From Yuukianura sp. NJ FZ-2021 (lineage: Eukaryota), in contig CM102286.1 in assembly GCA_046563655.1 (NCBI GenBank), positions 5,952,001 through 6,016,000 of the forward strand: a stretch of DNA of 64,000 nt. The letters run 5' to 3'. The translations under genes were made by a program, and so were the position numbers. Shown here piece by piece: positions 61,001 through 64,000 of this stretch (position 1 is the first letter of the stretch; each line of letters starts with the position of its first letter). Below the pieces are notes generated by a model. The model saw only the letters and a program-made list of their open reading frames with translations. It was not told where the DNA came from and made no database searches.

Positions 61001-64000
61001 TCTTTATTGTCAAATAATTTTGAGACTCCCAGTTTTAACCAACATCGTTTGCACAAACAGTGATTTCATGCAAGCGTCAGAGAAAATAGAAGACAGCAGT
61101 TTTGTGGGGTTCTTTCAACTCTTACTGTCTATGCCCGGGTTGGGTTAAATTTAAACTAAATTTTGGCTTATTTTATGTTAGGCTTCCGCAACAATACGCC
61201 TTCCAAGTCGTGTACCGTTGGCGTTAAGGTGCCATTTGCCACTTCCGCAGAACATCCTTATTGGAACACTTTCTCTTTCTCTTTGTTCTGTGTGCCTCTC
61301 TGATTGCTTTGTGCTGGGCCTTGCATTAATGCCGCCTAATTTCAAAATGTTTTTGCAAAGACAAGGAGGGAAGTGGTGCTCCGGAGTGCGGGAACATCAG
61401 TTCCACTTTTCCCTCTTTCCTTAATTAAGAATTTATTAATTAAACCTTTGAGCACGAAAACCATAAGTTTTTAGAACTTTCCTTAATTGTGTTATGACCT
61501 TAAAAGGCCTTTGTCAGAGCAAAAGTTAATCCACCTTACAAAATATTTTCACTCTTGGGCTAGTTACCTACCAACTCTAATCTAACGTTTTTCATGTACA
61601 GATCTGTAGATATTTACCATATTTATATCATCCTTAGCTTGCAAAACTAATCCAAGGGTTTTGGACAAGTTTAACATGAAATTTAATTAATTAGATATAA
61701 TTTTAACAGAAATAATTACGTACACATATTGTCTTTAACTAGGGGAAATATTTGCTTTAACTAGAGAAAAACTACATGGCAAAAATAGTCAAGTGCAAAA
61801 CAACCAGAAGGATTTTCTTCGTTAGCGATCAAGGATTTCACTGCACGCACATAGCTCGTTTTCATTAAGTTCAGAAAAACATTAGACCTACTTACCTAAT
61901 GAGTCGCAAGATTTGTAAACAAGGCATTACGCCTCATACTTTCGATTAGTCAAAGTATTCTTGGAAGGGTTTGGTTGGTGTGAAGGATTTGGCAAACTTT
62001 CACGTTTGGATAGCTATTTTGTGCTAGGAAATGGAAGTGTAGTCGGCATTATTTGTGTTCTGCTTGTCTGAAACCCTCTTTTGTTAGCATTTGTAGCAAC
62101 ATTGGACTTACTGGAGAGGACTCTGTCGCCGCACACTTCAGTTTTCAGCAGAAAAAGAGGCAATTCAATGGGATTCGGATGCATTTTGAATTCAAAATTT
62201 GGGGAAATAATGGATAGTATCCGAATTGTACTAACTTGAAACACAAAGGTATAGACTGTGTGATAGAAGTAAAACGGAATCTAACGGAATGTAGAATAGA
62301 GAAAACCCAGTGACTGAATTTCATTCCACATAAATAGACCCTCTGTCATACAAAAGACATCCGGAATCCATGGTTCGGAGGGCTTTTGAAAGCAGTGAGG
62401 AGAAGAATAGAGAAAGTAAGGGAGCGGAACATTATTTTACCATATTTCACTTTCTATTACTAATCTTTGTGAAATTGTGCGTATTGTAACTTTGGACTAC
62501 TTTCGCTCCCGGTTTCTCCGAGATCTGGGAACGAATCTTACTTTCTGCCGGCACTTCTGGATTCTCAACACGCCTTCCATATTATTCTAATTATTCATTC
62601 CCTGTCCAAAATTTGCACAAGTTCAAATTTGGATTCGGCAGTGACCAGAATACAGAGTACAGAAAACGGTATTACTTTTTAAGCTTTTGCGTCAAGCTGT
62701 TCAAACTTTTAGAAAATGAAGCTTTCAAAAAACATATATTAAGTTTCCAAAAAAATAGCTTACATGACCTAGATTCGGTTTTGGAAGTGTCAAAGTTTGA
62801 AATTGAGCTTTCATCTTTTCCGACTTGGGTTTAAAATCCAACCCTTAAACCTTATACTCTCGAAACCAGTGGAAAATCAATGTCAATTGATTGATGACCA
62901 GAGGTCAAGGGTCATCTCCCTTTTCTCCCTAAAGTGAAACGTCTCGTTCAATTTCTCTGTTTGGAAAAAAGATCATTTTCACTCTCGAGAGAGAAAGCCT
63001 TTTTTCCACCTCGAAACCCGAATTTTGTAAAGTTTTCGATTCTGGGTTTTTTGGACATGACCACGAGACAGCCCATGTCTCTTCCGTGTGTCCATTACTG
63101 TCCTACCGTCCAAGCAGAATTTTTGAAAGTGCGGGAAACTATAGTACACATAGGTCTGTACAGAAAGAAAAATAGGTTGGAAAAAGAAACGGAACGACGG
63201 AGAACAAGAGATATGGGATTCCAATTCTGGTCTCCACTTTCACTTGTCATCTTTCTCCTCTTGAAACATTATTTCTTCCTCTTTCTTTCAGAACTTCCAG
63301 AGAGTCCTTGTTATTGAGGGCAGAAGCTCCGCCGTTTTCCTGGAGAGGATAAAGATGATGACGGTATAAGAACAAAAGGTTATTGATTCAAGTGGATGCA
63401 ACTGAAGAATGGGCTGCTCCAAGATTATTTCAGAGGCAGAATCCGGTCTGAGTAAACACAATGAAATAGCGACAGGAAGGATCTCAAACAAGAAAGATAT
63501 GAATAACAATTTCGTAGGCCCCAGGATCAAAAGTAAATGATTGTTTTCTACTTTAGGAGCGGGAGTAAACATAGGCTTATTTGAAAGGACTCGAATTCAA
63601 CATTTTGTCAAAACAAATTCAATTATAATTCAGTAATCCACTAACTTTCCAAGTTTCTCCTTTCTTACTTACAGACTACGTTCAAAATAACAACGTACAT
63701 TGAAAATTAACGAGAACTTTGTTTTAGGTAGAATAAACTTGCGTCACTCATTTGTATGTAACTTCTGGTGTTAACAGCGAAAAGTGAACTATGAATACAC
63801 AGTTTTCCTTTTTCCATTTAAAAAAAAATTAAACATTGACTTCCCTCAAGTGGCTCTCGCTCCTCTACCTTTTTTTAAAAAAATGCTTTAACACACTTCT
63901 GGTACTCGTCGACTCGTGCTAATCATAAGACCATTTTAAATTATTCAAGGGCTCCAAGGCACTCGAAGGCTCCATGAAAAGGGATGTGAAAAATTTACAA

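Noticed and set aside
55071..64000. Many short ORFs; searched for the beat signal-peptide exon
   Set aside because: The ORFs are low-complexity Phe/Leu/Lys-rich chance frames, and no phase-1 signal-peptide exon could be supported. This is probably the beat first intron or upstream region.

Overview
Eukaryotic, AT-rich arthropod genomic DNA with short GT-AG introns (mostly 60-100 bp). The gene set and an intronless chemoreceptor suggest a springtail-like hexapod, but that is inference. Left to right, with exons rebuilt by hand: a 7-exon dpp/BMP2-4 gene (+); an intronless TXNDC17/TRP14-like gene with a WCKEC site (-); lethal(2) giant larvae (-); a tramtrack-type BTB-C2H2 gene (+); FAM21/WASHC2 (+); an intronless gustatory-receptor-like gene (-) between two probable decayed LRR-type pseudogenes; two small secreted Cys-rich genes (-); and a long-intron beat-family Ig gene (-) whose first exon was not found. 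Four intronic mobile elements are resolved: a Helentron/DINE-like element, a TIR element, a Harbinger-type Myb/SANT element nested inside it, and a Mutator-like foldback MITE. The most interesting result is in the BTB gene: an intron splits zinc finger 1 after C-x2-C, and two alternative exon sets supply different recognition helices plus different second fingers. Also notable is a toxin-like precursor with three knottin (ICK) motifs. There are no prokaryotic features, CRISPR arrays or convincing RNA genes.
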